A DNA stretch of 64,000 nucleotides from a candidate division WOR-3 bacterium. Lineage in GTDB: Bacteria; Hydrothermota; Hydrothermia; Hydrothermales; JAJRUZ01. Numbering within the stretch: position 1 is the stretch's first letter; each line of letters begins with the position of its first letter. Under the pieces are notes generated by a model. The model was not told the DNA's origin. It searched no databases and saw only the letters and a list, made by a program, of their open reading frames with translations. The stretch lies in the NCBI GenBank assembly GCA_024277525.1, contig JAJRUZ010000087.1:4530-68529 (forward strand). Reading direction: 5' to 3'. The translations under genes were made by a program, and so were the position numbers. This document shows, one piece after another, positions 28,790 through 39,204 of this stretch.

Positions 28790-30325
28790 TCAAAGGGGAA
28801 TATTCCCGTGTTTTTTCGGAGGAAGTCCCTGTCTTTTGTTTTTGAGGAGTTTCAAGGCTTTTATTATCCATTTTCTTGTCTTTCTGGGCTCGATTACATC
28901 ATCTATGTATCCGTATGAAGCAGCATAATAGGGGTTTGCAAATTTCTCCCTGTACATCTTAACGAGTTCCTTTCTCAATTCTTCCGGATTATCCGATTCC
29001 TTTATTTCTCTTCTGTAAATTATATTAATTGCTCCCTCAGGACCCATTACTGCAATTTCTGCTGTTGGCCAAGCAAGGTTGATATCACCCCTTACCTGTT
29101 TTGAAGACAAGACACAATAGGCTCCTCCGTAACTTTTCCTGGTTATGATTGTGATTTTTGGAACCGTAGCCTCGCAATAAGCATAAAGGAGTTTTGCTCC
29201 TTCTTTTATAATACCTCTGTGTTCCTGATTCACACCGGGCAAAAATCCGGGAACATCCTCAAATGTAATTATGGGAATGTTGAATGCGTCACAAAATCTC
29301 ACAAATCTTGCTGCTTTTATAGAAGCATCAACATCAAGTGCTCCTGCAAGATGCATGGGTTGTTGAGCAACAATTCCCACACTCATTCCTGCCATCCTTC
29401 CGAATCCTACAATGATATTCGGGGCATAATTTTTATGAACCTCAAAAAATGTTCCGAGATCCACAATTTTTTCTATAACTTCTTTCATATCATAGGGGGC
29501 ATTAGGATCCTCCGGAACAATGTCATCAAGTTCGGGATCTTCTCTTTCCTCACTGTCTCCGGTATCTATAACAGGAGGTTCTTCCATATTATTTTGCGGT
29601 AAATATGTTAAAAGTGTTCTTATTCCGCCCATAATTTCTTCCTCGGTATCGTAAACAAAATGTGCAACCCCGCTTTTTTCGGCATGAACATCAGCTCCTC
29701 CCAGTTCTTCAAAGCTCACATCCTCATGTGTTACTGCTTTTATAACATCAGGACCCGTGATGAACATGTAACTTGTTCCCCTTTTCATAAAGATAAAGTC
29801 CGTTAAAGCGGGAGAATAAACCGCTCCGCCTGCACATGGTCCCAATATGGCTGAAATCTGCGGAATGACACCCGATGCAAGTGTATTTCTTAAAAATATT
29901 TCCGCATAACCTGCAAGGGAAGCAACCCCTTCCTGAATCCTTGCTCCTCCGGAATCGTTAATTCCTATCACAGGGACTCCTATTCTCATTGCAATATCCA
30001 ATATTTTCTTTATTTTATCAGCATGAGCAAGTGAGAGTGTTCCTCCGAATACTGTAAAATCCTGAGAAAAAACAACAACATCTCTGCCGTGAATTTTGCC
30101 GAATCCGGTTACAACACCGTCGCCGAGTATTTTCGGTAATTCAAATTCCTGAATCCTGTGTGTTACAAACATGTCAATTTCCTGGAAACTTCCTTCGTCA
30201 AGAAGCAACTCTATTCTTTCTCTTACTGTTTTTTTTCCTTTTTGCTTTTGAATCCTTATTTTTTCTTCTCCTCCTCCTTTAAGTGCTTCCTCCCTCAATT
30301 TTTTTAGTTTTTCAAATCTGTTCAT
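28790..30325 (-). CDS. Acyl-CoA carboxylase carboxyltransferase subunit (PccB/MmdA-like)
   Basis: [37 protein letters not shown] and KKHGNIPL. Confidence 0.95.
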   Translation of the reverse strand: MNRFEKLKKLREEALKGGGEEKIRIQKQKGKKTVRERIELLLDEGSFQEIDMFVTHRIQEFELPKILGDGVVTGFGKIHGRDVVVFSQDFTVFGGTLSLAHADKIKKILDIAMRIGVPVIGINDSGGARIQEGVASLAGYAEIFLRNTLASGVIPQISAILGPCAGGAVYSPALTDFIFMKRGTSYMFITGPDVIKAVTHEDVSFEELGGADVHAEKSGVAHFVYDTEEEIMGGIRTLLTYLPQNNMEEPPVIDTGDSEEREDPELDDIVPEDPNAPYDMKEVIEKIVDLGTFFEVHKNYAPNIIVGFGRMAGMSVGIVAQQPMHLAGALDVDASIKAARFVRFCDAFNIPIITFEDVPGFLPGVNQEHRGIIKEGAKLLYAYCEATVPKITIITRKSYGGAYCVLSSKQVRGDINLAWPTAEIAVMGPEGAINIIYRREIKESDNPEELRKELVKMYREKFANPYYAASYGYIDDVIEPRKTRKWIIKALKLLKNKRQGLPPKKHGNIPL

Positions 30326-30789
30326 TTATTTTCCTCCTTTTTAAACTTTTCCTTGGTATCAACAATCAAGGTAACGGGTCCTTTATTTATATGATAAACC
30401 TCCATAAATTCACCGAATATTCCCTTACTCACTTTTAATCCGCTTTTTTTAAGTTCATTAAAAAATATTTCAAATTTTTCCTCCGCTTTACCTTTCTCCT
30501 CTGACTTATCAAAAGAAGGACGATTGCCTTTTAATACATCTCCGCACAGGGTAAAATTTGAAATTACAAGTATTTCTCCTTTTATATCCTTGACATTGAG
30601 GTTTAATTTCCCTTTTTCATCCTCAAAAATCCTTAAATTTAAGATTTTATTTGCTGCCCATTTAATTTCTTCTTCGGTGTCTCCTTTGTAAATGCCGACA
30701 AATAGAAGTAAACCATTTTTTATCTCGGAATATAAATTTTTATTTATAAAAACTTTCCCTTCGCCTATTCTCTCAATTACTATTCTCAT
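30322..30789 (-). CDS. dtd: D-aminoacyl-tRNA deacylase
   Basis: LRIFED..GK.N, SNFTL, GNRPSF and N.GPVT. Confidence 0.93.
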   Translation of the reverse strand: MRIVIERIGEGKVFINKNLYSEIKNGLLLFVGIYKGDTEEEIKWAANKILNLRIFEDEKGKLNLNVKDIKGEILVISNFTLCGDVLKGNRPSFDKSEEKGKAEEKFEIFFNELKKSGLKVSKGIFGEFMEVYHINKGPVTLIVDTKEKFKKEENK

Positions 30790-31826
30790 CCTGTCAAATA
30801 GTAAAGTTTTTTTAACAGACTCTCTCTTTCCTTTCTTTCGAATCCCTTTTTACTTAATATGATTTTTTCCATTATTTCTATTGTTTTATCATAATTTTTT
30901 GTATTTATTTTGTAGGGATAACCATCTTTTCCTCCGTGAGCAAATGAATATCTTGCAGGGTCCTTAAATTCAATTTTTGTGCCATATATCAAATGTGCCA
31001 ACAGGGTTAATGCACGCAGGGTTTTCGGTCCCGCACCTTTTATTAAAAGTAAATCTTCAAATTTTTTGATATTTTTTTCGTAAAATTGCAATGAAATCTG
31101 ATATAATTTTTTCCTATCCAGATCATTCAAATCGATATTATGTCTTTCCGGTAATTTGTAAATTTTGCTTACTTTTTCCTCTTTTATTAAGTCAATAATT
31201 TTTTCTCTGATTAAAGAATTCTCCCGGGATACAAGATTCAGAACTTTTTTCTCTTTTTTTTCTGCTATAATTCCTGAATGGGGTTCATTTGTAATATCTT
31301 TGAGGTCCTTTGAAAAAATATGGTATCTTCTTGCTGTTCTTTTATAGATATTCATGCCCTGTTGAATTGTTAACCAATTGCCTTTTTCATCAAACCAGAG
31401 TGTATGGTGATAGATAGTGTGTCCGTCTTGAATACATGCATTGTCTATTTTGGCGGTAATTCTTGAAATTTTTATGAGATGGTCCGCATCTATACCCTTT
31501 TTATAACCGATTTCTTTTAATTCATCCGGAGTTTTAAGGGCTGTTTTCCCTTTTCCCCCTGTTACATAAATGGGTAAGTTTCTTTCTTTTAAACCTTCTT
31601 TAATTGCTGCGGTTAGGGCAGTGGTAAGTCCTGAGGAATGCCAATCAAAGCCTAAGAAACAGCCAAAACTCTGGAACCATAAAGGATTCGAAAATTTTTG
31701 AAGAATATAAAATGTATCAAATTCCTCAAGTAAATATTCAATGATCAAACCGGATAGTTTTTTCATTCTTTGATAAAGATATTTAGGGGCTTTACCGTAA
31801 TGAAGGGGAAGTATTACTGATTCCAT
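30786..31826 (-). CDS. DUF763 family protein
   Basis: LPLH.GKAP, WFQSFGC.LGFDWHSSGLTT, K.DN...QDG and FAHGGKDG.PY. Confidence 0.88.
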   Translation of the reverse strand: MESVILPLHYGKAPKYLYQRMKKLSGLIIEYLLEEFDTFYILQKFSNPLWFQSFGCFLGFDWHSSGLTTALTAAIKEGLKERNLPIYVTGGKGKTALKTPDELKEIGYKKGIDADHLIKISRITAKIDNACIQDGHTIYHHTLWFDEKGNWLTIQQGMNIYKRTARRYHIFSKDLKDITNEPHSGIIAEKKEKKVLNLVSRENSLIREKIIDLIKEEKVSKIYKLPERHNIDLNDLDRKKLYQISLQFYEKNIKKFEDLLLIKGAGPKTLRALTLLAHLIYGTKIEFKDPARYSFAHGGKDGYPYKINTKNYDKTIEIMEKIILSKKGFERKERESLLKKLYYLTG

Positions 31827-34800
31827 TTAAGGCAATTTAACCGCAATCTCAATTCTGAAATGTCCCAAAGGGTGCGGCCATATTCCTTTAACTTTTTCTG
31901 ATAGAAGAATAAATTGATAAGGATGGTAAAGGAAAATACATGGAGCATCTTCCAAAATTTTCTTTTCTATCTCCTGGTATAACTTTTTTCTTTCCTCGGG
32001 GATTCTTATTCTTCTCGCTTCATCAAGCATTTTATCTATAACGGGATTAGAATACCTCATTTCATTTGCTCCGCTTTCCATTGAACTTGAATGAAACAGA
32101 GGATAAGCAATACTGTCAGGGTCACCCGTGTCACCGATCCAACCTATCATATGACATTCCGTTCTTCCGTTATGTAAATCATCCAGAAACTCTTTCCACG
32201 GTTTTTCTTCTATTTCAAACTCAACTCCCAACTTTTTGAAGCAGTTCTCAATAAACTTTGCATTTTTCCTGTATGCTTCGCTATCCGTTATTGTAAGTTT
32301 TACTTTTAGAGGAGGTTTAACAGAGGACTTTGAAAGCTCCCTTCTTGCCTTTTCAAGATCAAATTCATATCCCTTCAGACTTTCGTTATATACCTCTGAA
32401 GAGGGAGGGAATATACCCTCTGCTTTAATAGCCCTGTTTTTAAATCTTTCCCTTATGAATCCCTCTTTATCAAGAGCATAATTTAATGCTCTCCTGAAAT
32501 GCACATCGGTAAAGGGATACTTTGTTATGTTAAAATCAAATCTTTGAATTGATATTTCGGGGACGGATTGTATTTTATCAAGATAATGCGGAGCCCTTTC
32601 TCTGAGTACTTCCTCATCTTTTGAAGACGGTTCAAGTAAGTCAAGTTCACCGTTTAAAAACATCTCAACATGTTTCCCTCCTGCTCTTTCTATGCGAAAA
32701 ACCACTCTATCCACACAGGCTCTTCCTGCAAAATAATCATTAAAGGCTCTCAGTTCCACAAATTTATCCTTTTCGTATTTCTCCAAAATAAAAGGACCGA
32801 GTCCGTATAATTTGCCGTTTTCTTCCTTGGTTATGGAAGCAGCACAAAGGGCAAGGTTGTTTATAAACGGAACATAAGGATATTCAAGCTCAATTTCTAT
32901 TCGGTAATCATCCAGTATTTTTATTCCTTCAACACTTGAAGTTTTCCTCTTAATAAAATCCTTTGCACCTCTTATCATCTCAAAATAGTTTCTGGCATTG
33001 CCTCTTAATGTTCTGAATAAAGAATCTCTTACATCATAAGCATTTAAAAATTCTCCGTTATGAAATTTAATGTTTTTCTTTAAAACAAAGGTATACAAAG
33101 TCCCATCTTTCCCTATTTCAAAGTTATCAATAAGCATGGGGACAACCTTACTTGATTTCGGGGATACCATAAAGAGTGCCCTGTGGATGTTCTCCAGAAT
33201 TGTATTACTTGTTGCATCCGTTGCAAGATAGGGATTCAAATTCGCAGGACTCGAAGTTAAGGGGAGATTGAGGGTTATTTCTTTGATTTCAACTTCTTTT
33301 ACTTCTTCTTTTTTAGGAATTCTCAAATTAACTTCCTTTCTCAGTTTCCCCAGTACTTCCTTAATTTCTTCCATATAGCTTTCCGTGCGGGCAAACTTTA
33401 TACTTATTTCTTTAACAAATCTCTCAATAAACTCAAAATTCTTTCTGAATCCTTCTATATCCCTTTGTAAAACTTCAATAAAATCCTTTATATCGGTGAA
33501 AAATTTATTAAGTTTTTCAACATCTTCTTCAACTTCTAAATAAATCTTATGTTCGGTCTCACTGTCTTGAATAATGCTCTCCGTTGAAGAGGAAATTTTA
33601 ATTATCTCATTTGAGGCTTTTATCACTTCTTCGGATAGGTGTATTGAGTTTCGAACCCTTTCTTTCAATTCTTTGGAAAGCGGGTCTTCTATAACTCCTG
33701 CTCTTGCTGTTTCAACAGAAGAATAAAGCGAGAGTATCTCTCCATCTTTTAAATCATCCCTTAAAAGTCTTAACAATTTTAAAAATTCAGGGTCAACGGA
33801 AACAAAAGGTAAGTCTTCATTTGCATTTATTTCCTTAGAGAAATCCTTCAAAATTTTATTTAAATTCCTTACCTCGTCAACATAATAAGATATACTTTCT
33901 TTAAGTGTTTTTATCATTCTCTGACCAACAATTTTAATTTCTTTTTCTTGAAGTTCAACTTTGTTAAACAAATTTAAAATATTTCTCATTTTCAGGTCCC
34001 ACTCCTCTTTCACTTTTTCAAAGGAGGAAAATTTCTTATTTAATTCTTCTAAGATATTCAAATTATTCTCCGAAAAAAATCTGATTTTTTCAATTAATCT
34101 GTTTTTTATATAAAAAGGAGCGTGTTTTATTTCTTCATATGTCTCGTAAAGAGCATTTAAAACTTCCTCATTTGACTCGAATATATTTGAGAAGATTAAA
34201 ACTTTTTCCGAATCTATAAAAAAGGAAAAACCGAAAGCCTCGATATCAACGAGATTTCTGAACAAACTGTCCAAAAGTCTTCTTCTTTCTGCATATATTT
34301 CCCTCATTCTACCCGATAGAAAAGTAAAGTCTTTTATGGCTTTTTCTAAAGAAGAGAGTACATTTATTAGATCTTCTTCATAATTTCTGATTCTGTTAAC
34401 TTGATTGTATATTCTGTTATGTTTTTCTTTAAAAACCGAATACTTACCTTTTATTTCTTCAATATGTTTTGAAATTTTCTCAGCATTTGAAATTATGCGT
34501 GATGCAAGTTTTGAGAGTTCCTGGGATACAACAGAAAGTCCTTTCCCCTTTTCGCCCAAATGATATGCTTTTATTTCTGCATTTCTCGAAACTATCTCAA
34601 TATGGTGAATTTCACTCAGAAGATTATCCGTGTACATTGTTGATTTATCAAGAAGGATAAGTATTTCATTTAATTTCTTAATTTCTTCCTCGTAATATTT
34701 TATATAATTCGGTAATCTTTCATAAATTGTAGACAGATTTTCTTCAAGTTTTTTTGAAATATTTTCAATATTTCCAGACATTTTCATTATTTCCTCAAAC

Positions 34801-34943
34801 ATTTCCTCAAGTCTTTTTAGTTCTATATTTACTCCGCTTTTCGTATTTTCTATATTCACTCTTTCTTTATAAACGGAGAGTCCTATATTATATAAATCCT
34901 TAAAAAATTCAAAAATTTTTTCTGCTTTATTCATATATCGCAC
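31827..34943 (-). CDS. Soluble fusion of MCP-like signalling coiled coils and a C-terminal family-5 solute-binding domain
   Basis: NAEIKAYHLGEKGKGLSVVSQELSKLA and SVETARAG (MCP-tip-like); LNP....D, YTF.L....KFHNG, GLGPF, D..FRRALNYALD and YSNP..D..L..AR (SBP_bac_5). No TM segment seen; alternative ATG at 34934. Confidence 0.75.
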   Translation of the reverse strand: MRYMNKAEKIFEFFKDLYNIGLSVYKERVNIENTKSGVNIELKRLEEMFEEIMKMSGNIENISKKLEENLSTIYERLPNYIKYYEEEIKKLNEILILLDKSTMYTDNLLSEIHHIEIVSRNAEIKAYHLGEKGKGLSVVSQELSKLASRIISNAEKISKHIEEIKGKYSVFKEKHNRIYNQVNRIRNYEEDLINVLSSLEKAIKDFTFLSGRMREIYAERRRLLDSLFRNLVDIEAFGFSFFIDSEKVLIFSNIFESNEEVLNALYETYEEIKHAPFYIKNRLIEKIRFFSENNLNILEELNKKFSSFEKVKEEWDLKMRNILNLFNKVELQEKEIKIVGQRMIKTLKESISYYVDEVRNLNKILKDFSKEINANEDLPFVSVDPEFLKLLRLLRDDLKDGEILSLYSSVETARAGVIEDPLSKELKERVRNSIHLSEEVIKASNEIIKISSSTESIIQDSETEHKIYLEVEEDVEKLNKFFTDIKDFIEVLQRDIEGFRKNFEFIERFVKEISIKFARTESYMEEIKEVLGKLRKEVNLRIPKKEEVKEVEIKEITLNLPLTSSPANLNPYLATDATSNTILENIHRALFMVSPKSSKVVPMLIDNFEIGKDGTLYTFVLKKNIKFHNGEFLNAYDVRDSLFRTLRGNARNYFEMIRGAKDFIKRKTSSVEGIKILDDYRIEIELEYPYVPFINNLALCAASITKEENGKLYGLGPFILEKYEKDKFVELRAFNDYFAGRACVDRVVFRIERAGGKHVEMFLNGELDLLEPSSKDEEVLRERAPHYLDKIQSVPEISIQRFDFNITKYPFTDVHFRRALNYALDKEGFIRERFKNRAIKAEGIFPPSSEVYNESLKGYEFDLEKARRELSKSSVKPPLKVKLTITDSEAYRKNAKFIENCFKKLGVEFEIEEKPWKEFLDDLHNGRTECHMIGWIGDTGDPDSIAYPLFHSSSMESGANEMRYSNPVIDKMLDEARRIRIPEERKKLYQEIEKKILEDAPCIFLYHPYQFILLSEKVKGIWPHPLGHFRIEIAVKLP

Positions 34944-35739
34944 AGGATATATAACCCACTACATAACCTGACTTATCACCTGTAATGTCAGCCGATGTAG
35001 TCATATAGAGAATTTTACTTTTTTTATCAGTATTTTCAAAAGTTTTAAGTAAGATATAAACAGGTGCAAAACCGCATGCCATTATTTCATTTCTGATATT
35101 TTTTCTAAAAAAATCTTCTGCATTTAGTTTTTCAAGCACAGGTTTTGAAATTTCATTTACTTTTTTACACTCATTATAGGAATACCCGTGATAAAAATCC
35201 GAACTCGCAATTAAGAGGGTTCTTTCATCACTGTATTCTCTTAAGACATTAGCTATACTATCTAAAATTTCTTTTTGATATGTACCGATCAACAAGGGAA
35301 CTATTTTAATCTCATTTCCGAAGACAAATTGAAGAAAAGGGACTTGAACCTCAATTGAATGTTCCGGTTGATGGAAGGTAGAGTCAAATTTAAAAAATTC
35401 TTTTTGTTTTAAATCGGACGCAAACTCGGTATCAATATCAATTAATCCGAGCGGAGTCTCCCATTTTTCATTTTCATCAAGACAGGCAAATTCAAAAGAA
35501 AAATGATGAGAAGGACCGAGTATTATTGCTCTTTTGAAATTTTCCCTTTTTAAATTTTTATATAAATAAGAGGCAGTTCTGCCAGAATAAATATAACCCG
35601 CATGCGGAGAGATTCCTGCTTTTATATTTATCTCTCTCATAAGAGGGACTTCTTTGAAAAACTTATCCAACATCTCCCTTAATTCCTCTTCCTCACCGGG
35701 GTAAAAAGAACCGCTTACCGCAGGTCTCCTTATCTTCAT
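34927..35739 (-). CDS. MEMO1-family protein (AmmeMemoRadiSam protein B)
   Basis: RRPAVSGSFYP, PHAGYIYSG, GPSH, EHSIEVQVPFLQ, SSDF.H and VVGY. Confidence 0.92.
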   Translation of the reverse strand: MKIRRPAVSGSFYPGEEEELREMLDKFFKEVPLMREINIKAGISPHAGYIYSGRTASYLYKNLKRENFKRAIILGPSHHFSFEFACLDENEKWETPLGLIDIDTEFASDLKQKEFFKFDSTFHQPEHSIEVQVPFLQFVFGNEIKIVPLLIGTYQKEILDSIANVLREYSDERTLLIASSDFYHGYSYNECKKVNEISKPVLEKLNAEDFFRKNIRNEIMACGFAPVYILLKTFENTDKKSKILYMTTSADITGDKSGYVVGYISCAIYE

Positions 35740-37040
35740 AATATATATCTTGATAAATCTTCTTGGGATAAGGTTTTAGATAGTTTCTCCTCCACATAAT
35801 CTGCGGTTATCACATACGGATTTTTATCAAGATAGGGCATTCTAAAAAGTGCCTCTTCAAGTACAATGTTCATGACTGTCTGAAGGCGTCTTGCTCCTAT
35901 ATCTTCCATTTTTTGATTTGCAAGATATGCGTAATGAGCAATCTTTTTTATTGCTTCTTCTTCAAATTCAAGAGTGAATCCTTCCGTATAAAACAATGCT
36001 TTAAACTGTTTTATTAATGAATTTTCTGGCTCAACAAGGATCCTCTCAAATTCTTTTTCACCGAGCGAATGAAGTTCAACTCTTATCGGGAATCTGCCTT
36101 GAAGTTCAGGGATTAAGTCTTGAGGAGAAGCCTTACTGAAAGCACCTGCTCCTATGAAAAGAATATTGTCGGTTCTTACAACTCCATATTTAGTCCATAC
36201 ACTTGTTCCTTCAACAATGGGAAGTAAATCCCTCTGGACACCCTCTCTTGAAACAGCAGGACCGTGTTCTTCACCCTTTCCTGCAATTTTGTCAATTTCA
36301 TCTATAAATATTATTCCCTTTTCCTGTGCAAGTTTTAATGCTTCCTGTTTTACTTCGTCAATATTTATCAATTTATTTGCTGCTTCCTGAGTATAATATT
36401 CCAGAGCATCCTTTACTTTCATCCTTTTCATTACCGTCCTTTTCGGAAACATGTCTTCCATCATCTCCTGTAAACTTTGAGCAATGGCATCCTGACCCAT
36501 CGGAGCAACAGGAATAACCGATACGGGTGATTGTTTGATCTCTACATCTATTTCCCTATCATTGTAAATTCCTCTTTTCAAACCGTCCCTTATTGTCTCC
36601 CGGGGAGAAAGGGGAGAAGGTGCTAAAATCTCAAGTATTTTTTCTTCCGCTATTTCCCTTGCCCTTTTTTCTACTTCTTTTATTTTTTTCTGTCTTAACA
36701 TATTAAATGCCACCTCTACCAGGTCTCTCACCATACTTTCAACATCCCTTCCCACATAACCGACCTCTGTGTACCTTGTTGCCTCAACTTTTAAAAACGG
36801 GGAGCCCGTTAATTGAGCCAATCTTCTTGCAATTTCCGTTTTCCCAACACCCGTGGGTCCTATCATCAATATATTAAAAGGATGAATTTCCTCTTTTATT
36901 CTTCCCTCAACTTTCATCCTTCTCCATCTGTTTCTTAAAGCAATTGCTACCGCCTTTTTTGCCTCTTCTTGTCCTATTATATACTTGTTTAACTCTTCTA
37001 CTATCTCAAACGGGGTTTTCTCTTCTTCTGTATATTCCAT
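35736..37040 (-). CDS. hslU: ATP-dependent protease ATPase subunit HslU
   Basis: GPTGVGKTE, EVGYVGRDVE, DEIDKI, GVQRDLLP, PELQGRFPIRV and C-terminal DLSRYIL. Confidence 0.97.
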   Translation of the reverse strand: MEYTEEEKTPFEIVEELNKYIIGQEEAKKAVAIALRNRWRRMKVEGRIKEEIHPFNILMIGPTGVGKTEIARRLAQLTGSPFLKVEATRYTEVGYVGRDVESMVRDLVEVAFNMLRQKKIKEVEKRAREIAEEKILEILAPSPLSPRETIRDGLKRGIYNDREIDVEIKQSPVSVIPVAPMGQDAIAQSLQEMMEDMFPKRTVMKRMKVKDALEYYTQEAANKLINIDEVKQEALKLAQEKGIIFIDEIDKIAGKGEEHGPAVSREGVQRDLLPIVEGTSVWTKYGVVRTDNILFIGAGAFSKASPQDLIPELQGRFPIRVELHSLGEKEFERILVEPENSLIKQFKALFYTEGFTLEFEEEAIKKIAHYAYLANQKMEDIGARRLQTVMNIVLEEALFRMPYLDKNPYVITADYVEEKLSKTLSQEDLSRYIL

Positions 37041-37501
37041 TATTTTTTTAGCTCAAAATATTTAATATCTTTTAAAGAGCCGACTCTTTTTTTATTAAAA
37101 ACAGGTTTAACAATATCTCCGTTTTCTATCTCCTGGTAAGGATTGAGAAAATGAATAATACCGCCCTTTGCATAAGGCACCGAAATTAAAGCAACTTTTA
37201 TAGGTATATCAAGTCTGTTATCATCAAGGTCTCTGTATAGTTCGGTATAAGCAACAACAATAAAAGGACCTTTTACATCTACAAATTTGTCAATCTTTTC
37301 AAAACAGTCCTCACAGTACATTCTGGGAGGAAGGATTACTGAATTACAGTATTCACAGTATGCACCTTTGATTTTTCCTTCTTTTAACCCTTTATAAAAA
37401 ACATCGCCTCCTATTCCGAGTGTATAAAGATGCCATACAGGAATATCACCTTTTTGAACCTTTGCCTTACTTAATTTTTCAATAAATTCTTTAAAAGGCA
37501 T
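37040..37501 (-). CDS. DUF35-family Zn-ribbon/OB-fold protein
   Basis: CEYC.....PPRMYCEDC, OB-fold, and C-terminal R.GSLKDIKYF. Confidence 0.88.
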   Translation of the reverse strand: MPFKEFIEKLSKAKVQKGDIPVWHLYTLGIGGDVFYKGLKEGKIKGAYCEYCNSVILPPRMYCEDCFEKIDKFVDVKGPFIVVAYTELYRDLDDNRLDIPIKVALISVPYAKGGIIHFLNPYQEIENGDIVKPVFNKKRVGSLKDIKYFELKK

Positions 37502-37502
37502 T

Positions 37503-38018
37503 TTATTTCCTCCTTTTTATCGGTTTAAAATACAAAATATCGGTTATTGCTCCTTCCCTTTCTTTTTCCTTTTTCCAGACTGCTTTAACCTTCATTCCGA
37601 TTTTCACATTTTTAAGAACCTCCTCCAGTGTATCACCTACTTCACCGAGTTTATGAAGAATTCCCATATTTTCCGAAGTACCCAGCAGTCTTATAACAGC
37701 CGGAATCTCGGGCTTTTTCCTTCTTGAAGCATCCCAATTTACAAAGGAAACCGAAAAGGTAAGAATTTCGCCCTCGTCTCCAAGCTCAATCCACTCATCC
37801 GTTGGTCTGAAACATCTTTCACAGAACATCCTGGGGGGAATCATGATTCTTCCGCAAGCATAACATTTTCGTGCAAGAATTTTTCCGTGTTTTAAGCCTT
37901 CCATAAACTTTGAGAGAGCTATCCCGCAATCCCATTCATATTCCAGTTTTCCTTTCCATTCTACTTTTATTTCTTTTTCAAACTCCTTTAATCCCAGTGA
38001 AATTCCTTCAAATTTCAT
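37503..38018 (-). CDS. DUF35-family Zn-ribbon/OB-fold protein
   Basis: CYACGR..IPPRMFCERC and IGMKVKAVW...REGAITDILYF. Confidence 0.9.
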   Translation of the reverse strand: MKFEGISLGLKEFEKEIKVEWKGKLEYEWDCGIALSKFMEGLKHGKILARKCYACGRIMIPPRMFCERCFRPTDEWIELGDEGEILTFSVSFVNWDASRRKKPEIPAVIRLLGTSENMGILHKLGEVGDTLEEVLKNVKIGMKVKAVWKKEKEREGAITDILYFKPIKRRK

Positions 38019-38029
38019 TTTTCACCTCC

Positions 38030-39202
38030 TTATTTGGATAAGATAACAACCGTGCCGACTTGCATCAAATCACCCCATGCCTGTGCAAGTCCTCTTTTTA
38101 CTTCTCTCTTTACCTGCCTTTTTCCTGCCTCTCCCTTCAATTGTAAGTAAATTTCAATGACTTTCATAAGTCCTGCAGCTGCAATCGGATTCCCAACACC
38201 CAAGAGACCTCCCGAGGGGCAGGAAGGGATTCCATCCTTTGTATCCCTGTCCCAGAATCCTTTTTCAAGTAGTTTCGGTGCCTCTCCTTTGTCAGCAAGT
38301 AAAAGACCTTCAAGGTGATGAAGTTCCTTATACGCAAAAGGGTCATAGGGTTCAACAACATGGATTTCTTTTCTTGGGTCTTTTATTCCTGCCATATCAT
38401 AAGCCATCCTTGCTGCATACTCAACATATTTGGGATAATAAAGGTCTCTGTTTGTCCAGTAAGAAGTATCCAAACACCATCCCACTCCTTCAATCCATAT
38501 AGGGTTATCCGTCCTTCTTTTTGCCTCATGTTCAGAAGTAATCACAATTGCTGCTGCCGCATCGGTAACAGGAGATACCATCAATCTATAAACAGGATAT
38601 GCAATTACTTCTGAATTTAGAATATCTTTAACAGTATATTCTCCTGCAATTCCTTTTTGGGTGCATGGATGGTCAAGCCCGTTTCTTTTATTTTTAACCG
38701 AAACAAGTGCTATTGTTTCAAGAGATATTTTGTGAACATGCATATATCTCATCATTTCAAGAGAAAATATCCATAAAAGGTTAACTCCGAGAGGTCTTTC
38801 AAGAAACTGGTCATATATTGCATTGAACGCACCCTGCGGATGAGGCATACAGGAGGACATTTTCTCCTCTGCAACAACAAGACAGGTGTCAAAGAGTCCG
38901 CTTGCAACAAGATACCATCCGTGAATGATTGCAAAAACACCTGAACCGCCTCCCACATAAGACCTCATGTAAGGCTTCCTTTTTGCACCCGCGCCATCTG
39001 AAAGCCAGTCCCCTTTCATATGAACTCCATCAAACATATCAGGGGCAGTTGCCATTACCACACAATCTATTTCAGAAATATCCATATTTGCCTCTTCCAA
39101 TGCCATTCTGGCTGCCTCAAATGCAAGCTCTTTGCCCGTTTCTTTCGCTCTTCTCATAAATTTTGTTAATCCTGCTCCGAGTATTGCAACTTTTTGTGCC
39201 AT
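38030..39202 (-). CDS. Thiolase-fold protein (SCP2/Ltp3-like; no Cys at the usual nucleophile position)
   Basis: APDMFDGV, RSYVGGGSG, AEEKM, SP.TDAAAA, YDPF and PSGGLLG.GNP; start re-called to ATG 39202 (SD GGAGG). Confidence 0.85.
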   Translation of the reverse strand: MAQKVAILGAGLTKFMRRAKETGKELAFEAARMALEEANMDISEIDCVVMATAPDMFDGVHMKGDWLSDGAGAKRKPYMRSYVGGGSGVFAIIHGWYLVASGLFDTCLVVAEEKMSSCMPHPQGAFNAIYDQFLERPLGVNLLWIFSLEMMRYMHVHKISLETIALVSVKNKRNGLDHPCTQKGIAGEYTVKDILNSEVIAYPVYRLMVSPVTDAAAAIVITSEHEAKRRTDNPIWIEGVGWCLDTSYWTNRDLYYPKYVEYAARMAYDMAGIKDPRKEIHVVEPYDPFAYKELHHLEGLLLADKGEAPKLLEKGFWDRDTKDGIPSCPSGGLLGVGNPIAAAGLMKVIEIYLQLKGEAGKRQVKREVKRGLAQAWGDLMQVGTVVILSK

Positions 39203-39204
39203 GA

